Of a stretch of 64,000 nucleotides of DNA, positions 53,477 through 64,000 are shown piece by piece. The notes under the pieces were generated by a model. That model searched no databases. It was not told the origin of the DNA and saw only the letters and a list, made by a program, of their open reading frames with translations. The position numbers and the translations under genes are program-made. The stretch lies in assembly GCF_026210795.1 (NCBI RefSeq), contig NC_089430.1, positions 4,216,001 through 4,280,000 on the forward strand, given 5' to 3'. The stretch comes from Rhizophagus irregularis. Taxonomy: Eukaryota. Positions within the stretch are counted from its first letter, which is position 1, and every line of letters begins with the position of its first letter.

Positions 53477-53596
53477 TGAGCACATTCAGTTATTTTACGT
53501 GCTCGTTCTTCCTATTTCAATGGTGTTCTTTCAGCTAATTGGATTACAAAGAAAATAATATCATTCTAATAATCATTTTTGAATGATTTTAAAGTA
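53477..53596 (+). pseudogene. BTB exon-1 fragment
   Basis: RAHSVILRARSSYFNGVLSANWITKK, then a deletion and the remnant donor tgattttaaa|gtaag. Confidence 0.8.
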
Positions 53597-54565
53597 AGAA
53601 TAATTTTAATAATTTTTTTTATTATCTATTTTAATATGAAAATATGTTCAGTTTTTTACACTTGTAAAAACAGTAAAATTGATTTGAATTTAATTTCTTT
53701 TAAAAGTACAAATTCCATTTTAGATTATAAAATTGGTATAGCCTACACTATTATTCAAATCGTACGACGCTTTGTTTCACGAATACTGGGATACTGGAAT
53801 TTGGAATATATATTCCGGATGCGGAAACGAATCAGAATCTTTTATTTTCTTTCTGATATTTGATTTATTTCGTATACGATATTAATAAGCTAATTAATAT
53901 TATTTTTGAATAATTTATCAAACCATGAATCGGAACGGAAATTATGAAGAATATAATCAAGAAAATACTGCATATCAAAATGGATTGATTGATAGTATAT
54001 ATGAGCATCTCAAAAATTACCAAGTAATAAATACATAATTTTTTATTACTTGCTTTATTATATTTTTGTTATAATTGCTAAATAAAACTTATTTGATAAA
54101 AATCTTGCAATTTATTTTTGTAATGTATAGTAATAAGTCATAACTAATCGGATTATATAATCATTGTATTGGTATTGCAAAATTAGCATTAATTTTTCCT
54201 TTGTTCATTAAATTTATTTGTATAAACATAATAATTAAATTTTGATTATTTAAATTACTTAAAGAATTACTATTTTTTTCTTTATAAAAAATTAATTATA
54301 AAATAAAATCAATTTACTATTGAAATTAATAGGAAAATATAAGAAACATTATTAAAGCTTATATGTTGTTGATATTGTTGTTATTATCATTGCTATTTTG
54401 CTATATTATATTATTATTGCTATATTGTGTTAGTTCAGACTTTAAAAAATTAGACATTCCGTATTAAAAAAATTCTTCCAGACAATTTCGGATATAAAAA
54501 ATCGGATAGCAGATTTGGTCATTTTTTAGGTCAAAAGACAAAATATATACATATTCCGGACATAT

Positions 54566-54804
54566 TCAGGGAGCTTTTGTGACTCTCCTTTTCCATATGC
54601 CATGTTGTGGTTCTGCGTCACGTTTATCCTCATTCAATGCTTCTGCATCTGTATTACAATATTATATTAAATATTCCAATTTAATAAGTTAATATAAAAA
54701 AGTGAAAATCTTTAACATAAAATGATCATTTATTACTAACCCGCTAAAATAATAATAAAGACAAAAATCAATAAAAATGATAAAAATGAATATTTTAATT
54801 TCAT
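54566..54804 (-). CDS. Small secreted prepropeptide, copy 1 (48 aa): MKLKYSFLSFLLIFVFIIILADAEALNEDKRDAEPQHGIWKRRVTKAP
   Basis: Exons 54804-54741 and 54648-54566 with a GTTAGT..CAG intron; signal peptide ending AEA; dibasic KR sites flank DAEP-QHGIW; conserved in the paralog. Confidence 0.8.
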
Positions 54805-54976
54805 GGTTGATTTTATGTATGTTACAAAAGTTTTAATTCGTTGTTTGTTTAATTTTATTTTTTTTTAAGAAATTTTCTTCTCTTTCTCAAAGAAAAATTT
54901 TCTATAGTAACATGTATTTCAAATTATTTCATGATTACTTTATTTCATATGATTACAAAGTAAAAGAGGCGTACAA

Positions 54977-55150
54977 GAGTATTTTTGCCACGTTTTTTTA
55001 CATTGTGCCGTGTTGAATATTCAATTGAGGAGCAGAGCAACTTTATACTTTAAATTAATAATGTGTGAATGCGAGATTTTGATGTCAATAATTATTTTGA
55101 GCCAGTGACGTTACGAGAGTATTGTTGCCACGTTTTTTTACATTGCGCCA
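54977..55150. promoter_or_regulatory. Duplicated upstream module containing CACGTT and TG(C/T)GCC
   Basis: gagtatt(t/g)ttgccacgtttttttacattg(c/t)gcc twice (CACGTT at 54989 and 55129); equivalents at 56471 and 56633 upstream of copy 2. Confidence 0.5.
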
Positions 55151-55433
55151 CAATCGGAACGAACAGCGCCACGAAAAATTAATAATGTGGAAATAGATTT
55201 TTATTTTAAAAAAAATAAAAATAAAAGTCCGTGTTCAAAATGATAATATCAAAATCGTGTGAATAATTCAGCATTGCCATATGATATCAAAGTAAATATG
55301 CCTCATTTTTACGTAATGGATTATGTTTTAACTATTTTGTTGAAAAAAGAGATGAAAAGTTTAAATAATCAAAATAATATTATCTGTTATGTTAGGATTT
55401 ATTTGTTATTTAATGAAATACATGAACATATAA

Positions 55434-55467
55434 CTAGGAAACGGAAACCGTTGTAAGTCCGGAGCGA
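55434..55467 (-). mobile_element. Isolated 3' end of the Helentron-like family seen at 31441
   Basis: ctaggaaacggaaaccgttgtaagtccggagcga is nearly identical to 31441-31474. Confidence 0.6.
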
Positions 55468-56055
55468 AAAATTTTTTATTAACTTGTATATATATATAAT
55501 TTATTGTTTATCTAATGTATCAAATCTATTTTTATCTTGTTTAACGTTTAAGTTCCTCTTACATAAATAGTAATAAATTACATAAGTATATCACTACAAT
55601 GTAGAGTGGTTTTATCATTATCTGTCCAATAAAAGGCTTAATCATTGTTGATGAATTAAGAATTAATCAGTAACATTGTTTAAATTAAAGAATTGATTTT
55701 TCTTTATAAAAAAATTAATTGTAAAATAAAATCAATTTATTATTAAAATATTAGGAAAATATATAAGAAAACATTAAAATAATATTATTAAAGTTTATCT
55801 GTTGTTGTTATTATTGCTATTATTGCTATATTGTGTTAGTTCAGACATCAGAACTATATATATTGTCCAGAATTTGTATGAAATTTAGTCTATCTTTCAA
55901 CATTATCCGAACATTGATTGTCCACTTTGAAAAATTGGACATCCTGTATTAAAAAATTCTTCCAGACAATTTCGGACATAAAAATCGGATAGCAGATTTG
56001 GTCATTTTTTAGGTCAAAAGACAAAAGAAATACATATTCCGGAGTCCGGACATAT

Positions 56056-56286
56056 TCAGGGAGCTTTTGTGACTCTCCTTTTCCATAAGCCATGTTGTGG
56101 TTCTGTGTCACGTTTATCCTCATTCAATGCTTCTGCATCTGCATTACAATATTATATTAAAAAATTCCAATTTAGTGAGTTAATATAAGAAAGTGAAAAT
56201 CTTTGACATAAAATGATCATTTATTACTAACCCGCTAAAATAAAAATGAAGACAAAAATCAATAACAATGAGTATTTTAATTTCAT
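56056..56286 (-). CDS. Small secreted prepropeptide, copy 2 (45 aa): MKLKYSLLLIFVFIFILADAEALNEDKRDTEPQHGLWKRRVTKAP
   Basis: Exons 56286-56232 and 56138-56056; same intron and phase as copy 1; the only coding indel is an in-frame 9 nt in the signal peptide. Confidence 0.8.
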
Positions 56287-56749
56287 AGTTGATTTTATGT
56301 ATGTTATATAAATCTTTAATTCGTTGTTTGTTAATTTTTTATTTAAGAGATTTTCTTCTCCTCTTTAAGTGATTATACAAGAAAAATTTTCTAAGTAACA
56401 CGTATTTCAAGTCATTGTTTCATATTATTACAGTGAAGTAAAAAGCGGAGACGTACAAGGGTATTTTTTCCACGTTTTCCTGCATTGCGCCACATTAAAA
56501 TCCACGATTAAAGAGCAGAGCCACTTTGAATTAATAATGTAATGTGAGAATACGAAATTTTGATTTTTGAGCCGCAATCATTTGTTTTATTAATGAGGGC
56601 GAAGTAAAAGAGACGTTATGAGAGTATTTTGCCACGTTTTTTCCCTTGCGCCACAATCAGAACAATCAGACCACTTTTAATTAATATGTGGTAATAAATG
56701 ATTCTTTTTTTTAAAAAAAAAGTAAAAGAAAAAAAAATCGTGTTCAAAA

Positions 56750-56928
56750 ATAATGGTGTAGTTAGCCGAAAAATATTAACCGCAACGACGCATCGGTCGC
56801 ATCGTGATCCGGACCCGGCACAGGCGTAGATCGTCGTGGAATTCCAGGGGATTTTCTGCAATTAAACCGTGTCCGGATGATTGGCAATCAGGAATTCGGC
56901 TCCGTTTTTCGGCTAACTACACCATTAT
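56750..56928. mobile_element. GC-rich MITE (179 bp) upstream of peptide gene copy 2
   Basis: TIR ATAATGGTGTAGTTAGCCGAAAA / TTTTCGGCTAACTACACCATTAT; TSD TGTTCAAAA (9 bp, or 7 bp if the terminal A/T belong to the TIR); empty site in the paralog at ~55232. Confidence 0.9.
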
Positions 56929-57684
56929 TGTTCAAAATGGTAATACCAAAATGTGTGTATAAATTTAGCATTGTTGTATGAATAATCAAATAACATTAAA
57001 TTGAATTTATGAGTACCTTTAATAAAATTTTTAAACTTGTTTTGTTTATGATAAATGATTGAATTTTTTTAGACTTATTGTAAATATTGTACTGATTTTT
57101 TATTTAATTTTAAAAAAGAAATATATAAATTGAATATATAATACAGTATATATAATAAATTACATATCATATCTATCTACCAAAATTTGTTATGATTTGC
57201 GCCAAAGTCGTTGTACTATCTACGGTCCCTAAATACGAATAATTCAAATTGATCTAATACTATTACCAAATATTTTTTCTTTAAAAAAAAAAAACTCTAT
57301 TTCGTATTTCTTATATACTGTATTTTACGATTTTTATGATATTTTAATTTGTTTTATCTTCGCTAATATTACTTTTAATATTCATCTAATTAAGAATTTA
57401 GTTTACCAATTTTAGTTTGATATCCTAATTATACACTAATATTTTTAGAGTTTGAATGATAATCAATTTAGAATATTGATTAGCTACAATAAATCGGTTA
57501 GGTTCCTCATACTATAAAATTAGTTTTTGGGTTGATCATTGTCGGATTCAATTAAAAACATTGCAGATCTCGTTAAAAACAAATAAAGTGCAACGTTACA
57601 AATATTTAAGCCGTAAATCACATGGTTATTTCCATAACATGACATTAATAGCACTTTTTTTTTCTTTTTTTTTATTAAAAAAAA

Positions 57685-59208
57685 ATGGCTTCAAATTTTC
57701 ACTTTCGTCTTTCAGAAGACCTTTCCTTAATATTAGATGATGCAGATGATTACAATGTCATTATTCAAGTTGGTGAAAACCAAAATACAAAGGAATTTCG
57801 TGCACATTCTGTTATTTTACGTGCTCGTTCTCCTTATTTTAAAGTTGCTCTTTCTACTAATTGGATTACAAAAAAGGATAATATGATTATGTTTAACAAA
57901 CCAAATATTACTCCAACTGTTTTTCATATGATTTTGAAGTGAGAATTATTTATTTATTTTTTTTATTTATAAATTTTTGAAATTTAAATTTATTAATTTA
58001 TTCTTAAATATAAATAATTTTTTATTAGATATATTTATACTGGTGAACTTGATTTAACTAAACAATCAGGTGAAAATATTCTTGGTTTGCTAGTTGCATC
58101 TGATGAATTACTTCTTGAAGAATTATTTAAACATGTTCGAGATTATTTAATCGAAAAACAAACCAAATGGGTTGATAAAAATTTTGTTCTTGTTCTTAAT
58201 GCTGTGTTTAGACTTGATAATTGCAAGAAATTACAAGATTATTGTTTTAAATCTATCTGCGAAAATCCTCTACCATTTTTTTCTTCAAAAATCTTTCCTT
58301 CATTAAATAAGGAAATACTTTTTGACTTGCTTGAAAGAGACGACTTACAAATTAAAGAAGTTATCGTTTGGGATTATTTAATTAAATGGGGTATTGAACA
58401 AACTTCTGGTCTTGGGCATGAGAATAGTGATAGAGCGAAATGGAATAATAAGGATTATGAAGAATTGAAGAAAACTTTAAATCAAATTATTCCTCTTATT
58501 CGTTTTACGGAAATTTCTCGTGCAGATTTTTTTGATAAAGTCCGTCCTTATAGAATTATTATTCCTAATCATATTTATGAAGAAATTGAAGAATTTTATT
58601 ATAAGGATGCCTTACCTAAAACTACAATTTTACCACCTAGAACTGGTTATTCATTTGAAATAGGAAAAATTGAGTCAAATATCATCAAACCAATACTCGC
58701 AAAATTAATAGTTAATTGGATTGGAAATGATCAATTGTATAGGTTTAAACTTATTTATCGTGGTAGTCGTGATGGAATTAGTAATAAATCATTCAGAGAA
58801 AAATGTAAAGGTCGAGTAGCAAGTTTAGTTTTAATTAAAGTTAAAGATACAAATAAAGTTTTTGGTGGATATAGTTCTATCGGGTTTTGTTCATTAGGAA
58901 ATGATTTTACTCTTATTAATAGTGATGATTATCATGATTTTCGATTTTACAATTCATCAGATAATTTTATTTTCTCATTTGAAAACAGCGAAGATACTCG
59001 ACATATGAAAATAAGCCGGGTAGTAAATAAATCTCAAGCCATATTGGATATTGATCGTAGTGGATTTAATTTTGGTTGGGGTTCATTATCTATGAATAAT
59101 ATAAATTTACACGCTAATAATCATAGCAATAATTATGAAAATAATTTAAAGACTGATACAGTTTATACTATCAAAGAAATTGAAATCTTTAACATATCCA
59201 ATCAATAA
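57685..59208 (+). CDS. BTB/POZ-BACK-TLDc protein, copy 2 (477 aa)
   Basis: Exons 57685-57938 and 58029-59208; same motifs and intron as copy 1. Confidence 0.92.
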
Positions 59209-60789
59209 TTTATTATTAACGAATAAATTATAAATTATGGTTTAATATTGGATGGGGTAAAAATATCGGTCACCCCGTAAGAGTGACTGATATGTTACCT
59301 TCCCATCAATAACTTGTATTATTATAAATAAACAAATTAATTATTGAAACTCTAGAACGAATTAAGAATTTTATTTAACATACTAATTAACATAATTTGT
59401 TACTGTATTATCATGAATACTATAATCTAGCTGCGATAATATTTTAGTATTTTAATGTATTATCCTTACGATAATTCTTTGATGAATTATGACCGATGCA
59501 TTGCATCAAATATGAATCATACTAATCGCTTTACTTTAAATTTGTTTCTAAATTCTCTATGTAAATATAATTCATCGTAATAACTTAAAAAAAATGATTT
59601 CTTATATATAATATTTCAATATTGTATCTGTAAAATTAATGGAATAAATTTAATTATGATATTGTATCTTTTATGTCCTAATATCTTATTAGTAATCATT
59701 TTCTTTATGATTTGCATTTGATTTAAAAAATAAACTTGAAAAATTAACCTTATTAGGAAAGTCACAAATAGATTAGTTTCTTGCAAATTATCCTTATAAT
59801 AATGATAATCTACAAAGAGCGAAGAATTTTTCAGAATGTAATCTGTATATAATTTCATAAATTTATGAGGATAGCTTTGACTTTTAAAGTTTACTACACA
59901 CCTTATTTAATTGCACGATTTCAAATGACAACTTCTTAAATTGATAAAGTCGAAGAAATAGCTTAAAAGTTTTAAATTGAAAATTTTTATATACTAAAAG
60001 TTGTTATTTTCAATTTATGATATGTTTGTAAAGTAAGATTCTGATGTAAACAATCGCACTTTGTTGCCTGAGAATGTTAATTTTTTCATGCCTAAACTGA
60101 TTCTAATTGAATAAGCGTGCGTAGAATTTATTTATTATAAAGAGTAATAAGGAGATTTATACTAGTACCTTAACTGTTATAGAAAAGAATTTTGATACAC
60201 CAAATAATTTACAATAAAAATTTTTTATCGATTATTATGAAAATTATGTATTTGATTATATATCATGCAAATACATAATAAATTTTATGGGAATTAATTT
60301 GACGTAGCGTCGTAGAGTATTATTTTTGTCGATTTTGTCGATTGTGTATTACTGTACTGTACTGTACGTTAAAGTTTTGAGGTTACGGGTGCAATACAAT
60401 TTTTGTTACTGCCTCACCAACTCCAAAAAAACTTACCCTTCTCCCTCCCCAATCCTGAGGATATTTATTATTAACGTAAAATTCCAATGGGACGTTTGAT
60501 CAACTTGTACAATGAACAATTTGTTGTGCCCAATAGACTTTGATCAAACAGTAAATGTAAAATAAATCTATAAATGTCTAACTACAAGAGCAATAATATA
60601 AAAAAACTAACTATATCTATAAAAACTTGATATTAAATAATCAATTAAGCCACTGCGGCCTCATAACACGCGTAAAATCGAAAAAAAAAATTCTTTCCAA
60701 GGTAACATTCAGCTTTTCTGCTGTTTGAGTAGCAACATTTTTATTAATCATTTAATAAAGGTTTCTAAGTTTATCTATTGAACTATGAA

Positions 60790-61320
60790 TGACTTATGGG
60801 TTTGTGAAGAATACCACTGATTATAAATGGTGTAAAACTAGAGGTTGGAACCGACCAAAAAAACCTTAACCGATTAATAATCGATTAATATTAAAAATAT
60901 TAAAAAATTTTTTTTTTTTTTTGACCGCAGATTGCACCAAATTGTTTTTGATCATACATTTAGTTATAGGAAAGTCTTATTTATTATTATTATCATTAAA
61001 AAATTAATACAAATTCGTCCATGTTCGGAGAACACGTGACCAAAATTCACAGCTCTGTGCCGCATTAGATAATTTGACCAGAATTATGGTTGATAATTTT
61101 AATCGATTAACAGTCTTAATTAATTAATCGATTAATCTGTAATCCAAAACATTTTCAACAAAATTATAAAAATTTGATTAGTGGCAATGATAATATTGAC
61201 AAATATATTCAAGAAACCCAACTATCAGCAATTGGTCATTATAAAGTATTAGAATGGATACCTCGCAATAGATTTTATGATAATAAATTCATTACAAAAG
61301 GTGGTTTGGAAAAGTATATA
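60790..61320 (+). pseudogene. TKL kinase N-terminal fragment, interrupted by an insertion
   Basis: TDYKWCK(T)|insert|CNPKHFQQNYKNLISGNDNIDKYIQETQLSA..VLEWIPRNRF..ITKGG, homologous to the N-termini of kinases A and B. Confidence 0.8.
60839..61137. mobile_element. hAT-like MITE, right end eroded
   Basis: Begins TAGAGGTTGG with TAATCGATTAA subterminal repeats at both ends; splits WCK-T-CNPK of the kinase fragment; no TSD recovered. Confidence 0.6.
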
Positions 61321-61324
61321 GATC

Positions 61325-62550
61325 TAGGAATTATCGAATGGTTATATGAATATAGTAAAATAGGAAGTGTACGTAGAGAGTTAGATAACAAATTATATAT
61401 ATATTTTAATTTCATAAATACAATTTTAGAATTAAAGAATATAAATATGTTAGTTAAGGATGACAAAAGGGATTTGCAAAAAACGATGCATGAAATCAAG
61501 GTGCCAGTGATAAAAGAGAATTAATGAGTTATAAACAAACAATTATGGAAGTAGAGATTAACGTGAATAACATATTGGATGACAAATATAATTTGAGGTG
61601 GAATTATATTCCGATAGAAGGAGCTTTTAGAACATGGTTCAAAGAAATAATAGTACTAAAATTGATCTTATGTTATTAGATTATGTTAAAGATTGTTTTT
61701 TAGATTCGATAGGAAGTAATGTTACAATAGATTGGAATGCATCATTTGAATTAATTAACAATGAAGTTACGACATCCAAGAACGTTACGAACGGAGAAGA
61801 TGCAGGAGTGAGGTGCTTCAGATTAAAAATTTTTTGAAGATTTTACCGACATATGTAGTCTTATGGAAACGTAAAGTATGGGGTATACAGACGTATACTT
61901 GACAACAAGTGTTCGCGTTGTTCAGCATATATGGATGTGTAGTAAAAATGATGCAATGATACAGAATATAAAATGTTTGAAGATAGCGTTGACAAAGTGT
62001 TGAAGTGTCAGTCAAAATAACGTTAATAACAACGAAGATACAATGCTATTTAAAGGAAGATTGTTTGATACAGCAACATTAGAATCGCCAGTGATGCAAA
62101 ATGAAAATATACTCAGAGAAGCAACAAGAGGTTTAATCAACGAGAAATGGTGGCGAACATGTAAACTGAAAATCAAAGGAACTACCTAAAGGAAATATTC
62201 GATGTTTACATAAGAAAACTTCAACAAATATGGAACAAGCAAGAGATGTAATGAGTTAGAAAGACAAATGGGAATTACAAAGAGCTAAAAAGGAAAAAGA
62301 ATAGGGAAGATAATAGTGATGGGGGAAAACTAGGAAATAAAAAACAACAAAAAAAAAATCAAAACTATTATAACATAATATGGTAGAAAATAGCAAAGAG
62401 GGGGTATTTAGGTTAGGTATTAACGATATTAAATTTTGGGGAAATAAAGTAATTAGTAATTTAGTAAATACATAGAATACATAAGATATATGTAGATTTA
62501 GATAAACGCATAAAAATGTATAGTCATTAGTTACTTCGTTATATTATACG
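61325..62550 (+). mobile_element. Non-LTR retrotransposon 3' remnant (post-RNase H / zf-RVT-like region), decayed
   Basis: YNLRWNYIPIEGAFRTWFK, IDWNASFELINN, RCFRLKIFLKILPTYVVLWKR and HIWMC motifs across frameshifts. Confidence 0.6.
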
Positions 62551-62666
62551 AAAATAATTTTTCCAATTATTAGATATGAATTATCAAAATAATAATATAA
62601 GTATATAAAACCATTTTCAATATATAAAATTAGTAAAATTTTTATTTTTATACTCATTACAATAGC

Positions 62667-62867
62667 AGGACCCCGAGCTATACATAAATAGGTAGGATAA
62701 AGGATTGCGTAGATTTTTCCTTTTTTAGATAATGCCGGGCCGGAATTTATTTCCTTTTTTAGACGCTGACTGGAATTATCATAATTCCGGCCCTGAATAA
62801 ATGCGTAGAGCTAATAGTAATTTTTTTTTCTGCACCTTACCTCTATATTTATATAGCTCGGGGTCCT
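62667..62867. mobile_element. AGGACC-family MITE (201 bp)
   Basis: TIR AGGACCCCGAGCTATA / TATAGCTCGGGGTCCT; 8-bp TSD ACAATAGC at 62659-62666 and 62868-62875. Confidence 0.92.
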
Positions 62868-63229
62868 ACAATAGCTGATTGTATTTAATTATATTGTTGA
62901 CTTTACTTTAAAGCCTACAAAAATATTCTCTATTTTTTAATAAATTATATTTTTAAGACAAAGCCATTACGACATTATACATATTATACATAATTATTTT
63001 AACTTTATAATAAGCAGTGACATTGATCTTTTAGGTCAGGTTAGTTAACAGAATAATTAACTGCCAAGTTTTACTGTTTTACTAGTCTAATTCTTATCGG
63101 TTTAACATATTAGAAAACGTGAGTTTATTTAATATATTTTCTTTTATCGGAATTCTATTCATAGACAGATGGAGTTTCGGAAAGAGTAAGCCTGATTTCC
63201 TACCTGACTAGAAAAAAATTATTCAACCT

Positions 63230-64000
63230 CTACTGATATGAAGAATGCTTGAAGCAGATGGAAAAAAGACCAACTTCTATGCAATCAAATGGTATGTATA
63301 ATTCTGTAATTTTAATCCAAATAAGCATATATTTGAATAAATAAGGACAAGTGTAAATAGCAAAAATGAAGGAAATGATAAAATATGAAATCCATAAAAA
63401 ATTCTGCCCGGAATTCATACATGAAAATATATGTGCTAAAATGCCTAGAACTATTAAGGTTGTTAAAAAAGGAATAAGTTGTATAACAATCATACAAATA
63501 ATAACCGTTATAGTATCAAAAATATAACATAGTATGGGAATACTAAACAAAAAGGAACCAACCCAAGAAAATGTGAAATTAATTTTCCATTTGATTTTTT
63601 CATATGTGAAATTTGTGAAAAGATTCGCAATAAAAAAAAAGCTTTGAAAAACGCACACTACCAATATGATAGTATTTAAAGTTGAAACTGAATTATTACG
63701 ATAAAGTAAAGCCCCTTCACAAATAGTAAATATGATTTGGAAATGAAAACCAATCGGAATTATATCAATCAATTCAAAAAAAATTGATAATAACTTTAAT
63801 GAGACCTAAAAAGAAATAGATGCCACCAAGACCTGCAACATATTGTCTAGAAAGATTCAAAACAATCGCTGTGATTGATAAAATATTCAATTGTATGTGC
63901 GAAATTTCATTCCCTACTCCTGAATATTTAGTTATAACCGATGAAATCATCCATAAAATAAAGGACATTACACCTCTATAAATTGAAGCCAAACCTAGGC
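63230..64000 (-). CDS. Multi-pass membrane protein, 5' end outside the window; one-base frameshift in a T8 run near 63776-63783
   Basis: Two abutting hydrophobic ORFs join as ..IINFF-ELIDIIPIG.. if one T is removed. Confidence 0.6.

Noticed and set aside
53925..54023. Possible first exon MNRNGNYEEYNQENTAYQNGLIDSIYEHLKNYQ|GT
   Set aside because: No convincing downstream exon or recognisable homology; left unannotated.
54590..54615. Homology of QHGIW to GnRH or TRH (pGlu-His start)
   Set aside because: A two-residue similarity with no amidation Gly before KR; at most convergent chemistry.
55890..56123. 77-aa minus-strand ORF overlapping peptide gene copy 2
   Set aside because: Alternative frame; disrupted by indels in the paralog (54440-54560), whereas the spliced signal-peptide frame is conserved.
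1..64000. tRNA or rRNA genes
   Set aside because: No cloverleaf or rRNA-like GC-rich tract recognised by eye; tRNAscan-SE or Infernal would be decisive.

Overview
Very AT-rich eukaryotic DNA with short GT-AG introns. The gene repertoire points by inference to an arbuscular mycorrhizal fungus (Glomeromycotina, Rhizophagus-like): TKL kinases with an HKDFHSGN catalytic loop, BTB-BACK-TLDc, F-box/LRR-like, a Crinkler-type nuclease and NmrA-like genes. The window is a duplication- and transposon-rich accessory region. Apparently intact genes are an orphan multi-TM protein (4.2-5.8 kb), a 7-exon tandem 3CxxC (ZAR1/RTP-like) zinc-binding protein (9.7-11.9 kb), two convergent TKL kinases, one NmrA-like oxidoreductase, an F-box/LRR-like gene and two BTB-BACK-TLDc genes. 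Two tiny intron-containing genes at 54.6-56.3 kb are missed by the ORF track. They encode 48- and 45-aa secreted prepropeptides laid out like alpha-factor or Kex2-processed peptides: signal peptide, KR, DAEP/DTEP, QHG(I/L)W, KRR. These are the best candidate for an undescribed signalling system. Pseudogenes include a second 3CxxC copy, a Crinkler-like nuclease, an NmrA copy, BTB fragments and a kinase fragment. Many non-autonomous DNA transposons have readable TIRs and TSDs (CACTA-like, hAT-like, Tc1/pogo-like, MULE-like and an AGGACC-ended family with 8-bp TSDs). There are also Helitron/Helentron-like ends, a CACTA transposase fragment and a non-LTR retrotransposon remnant. All exon and TSD coordinates were read by eye, and family assignments come from motif recognition, not database searches.
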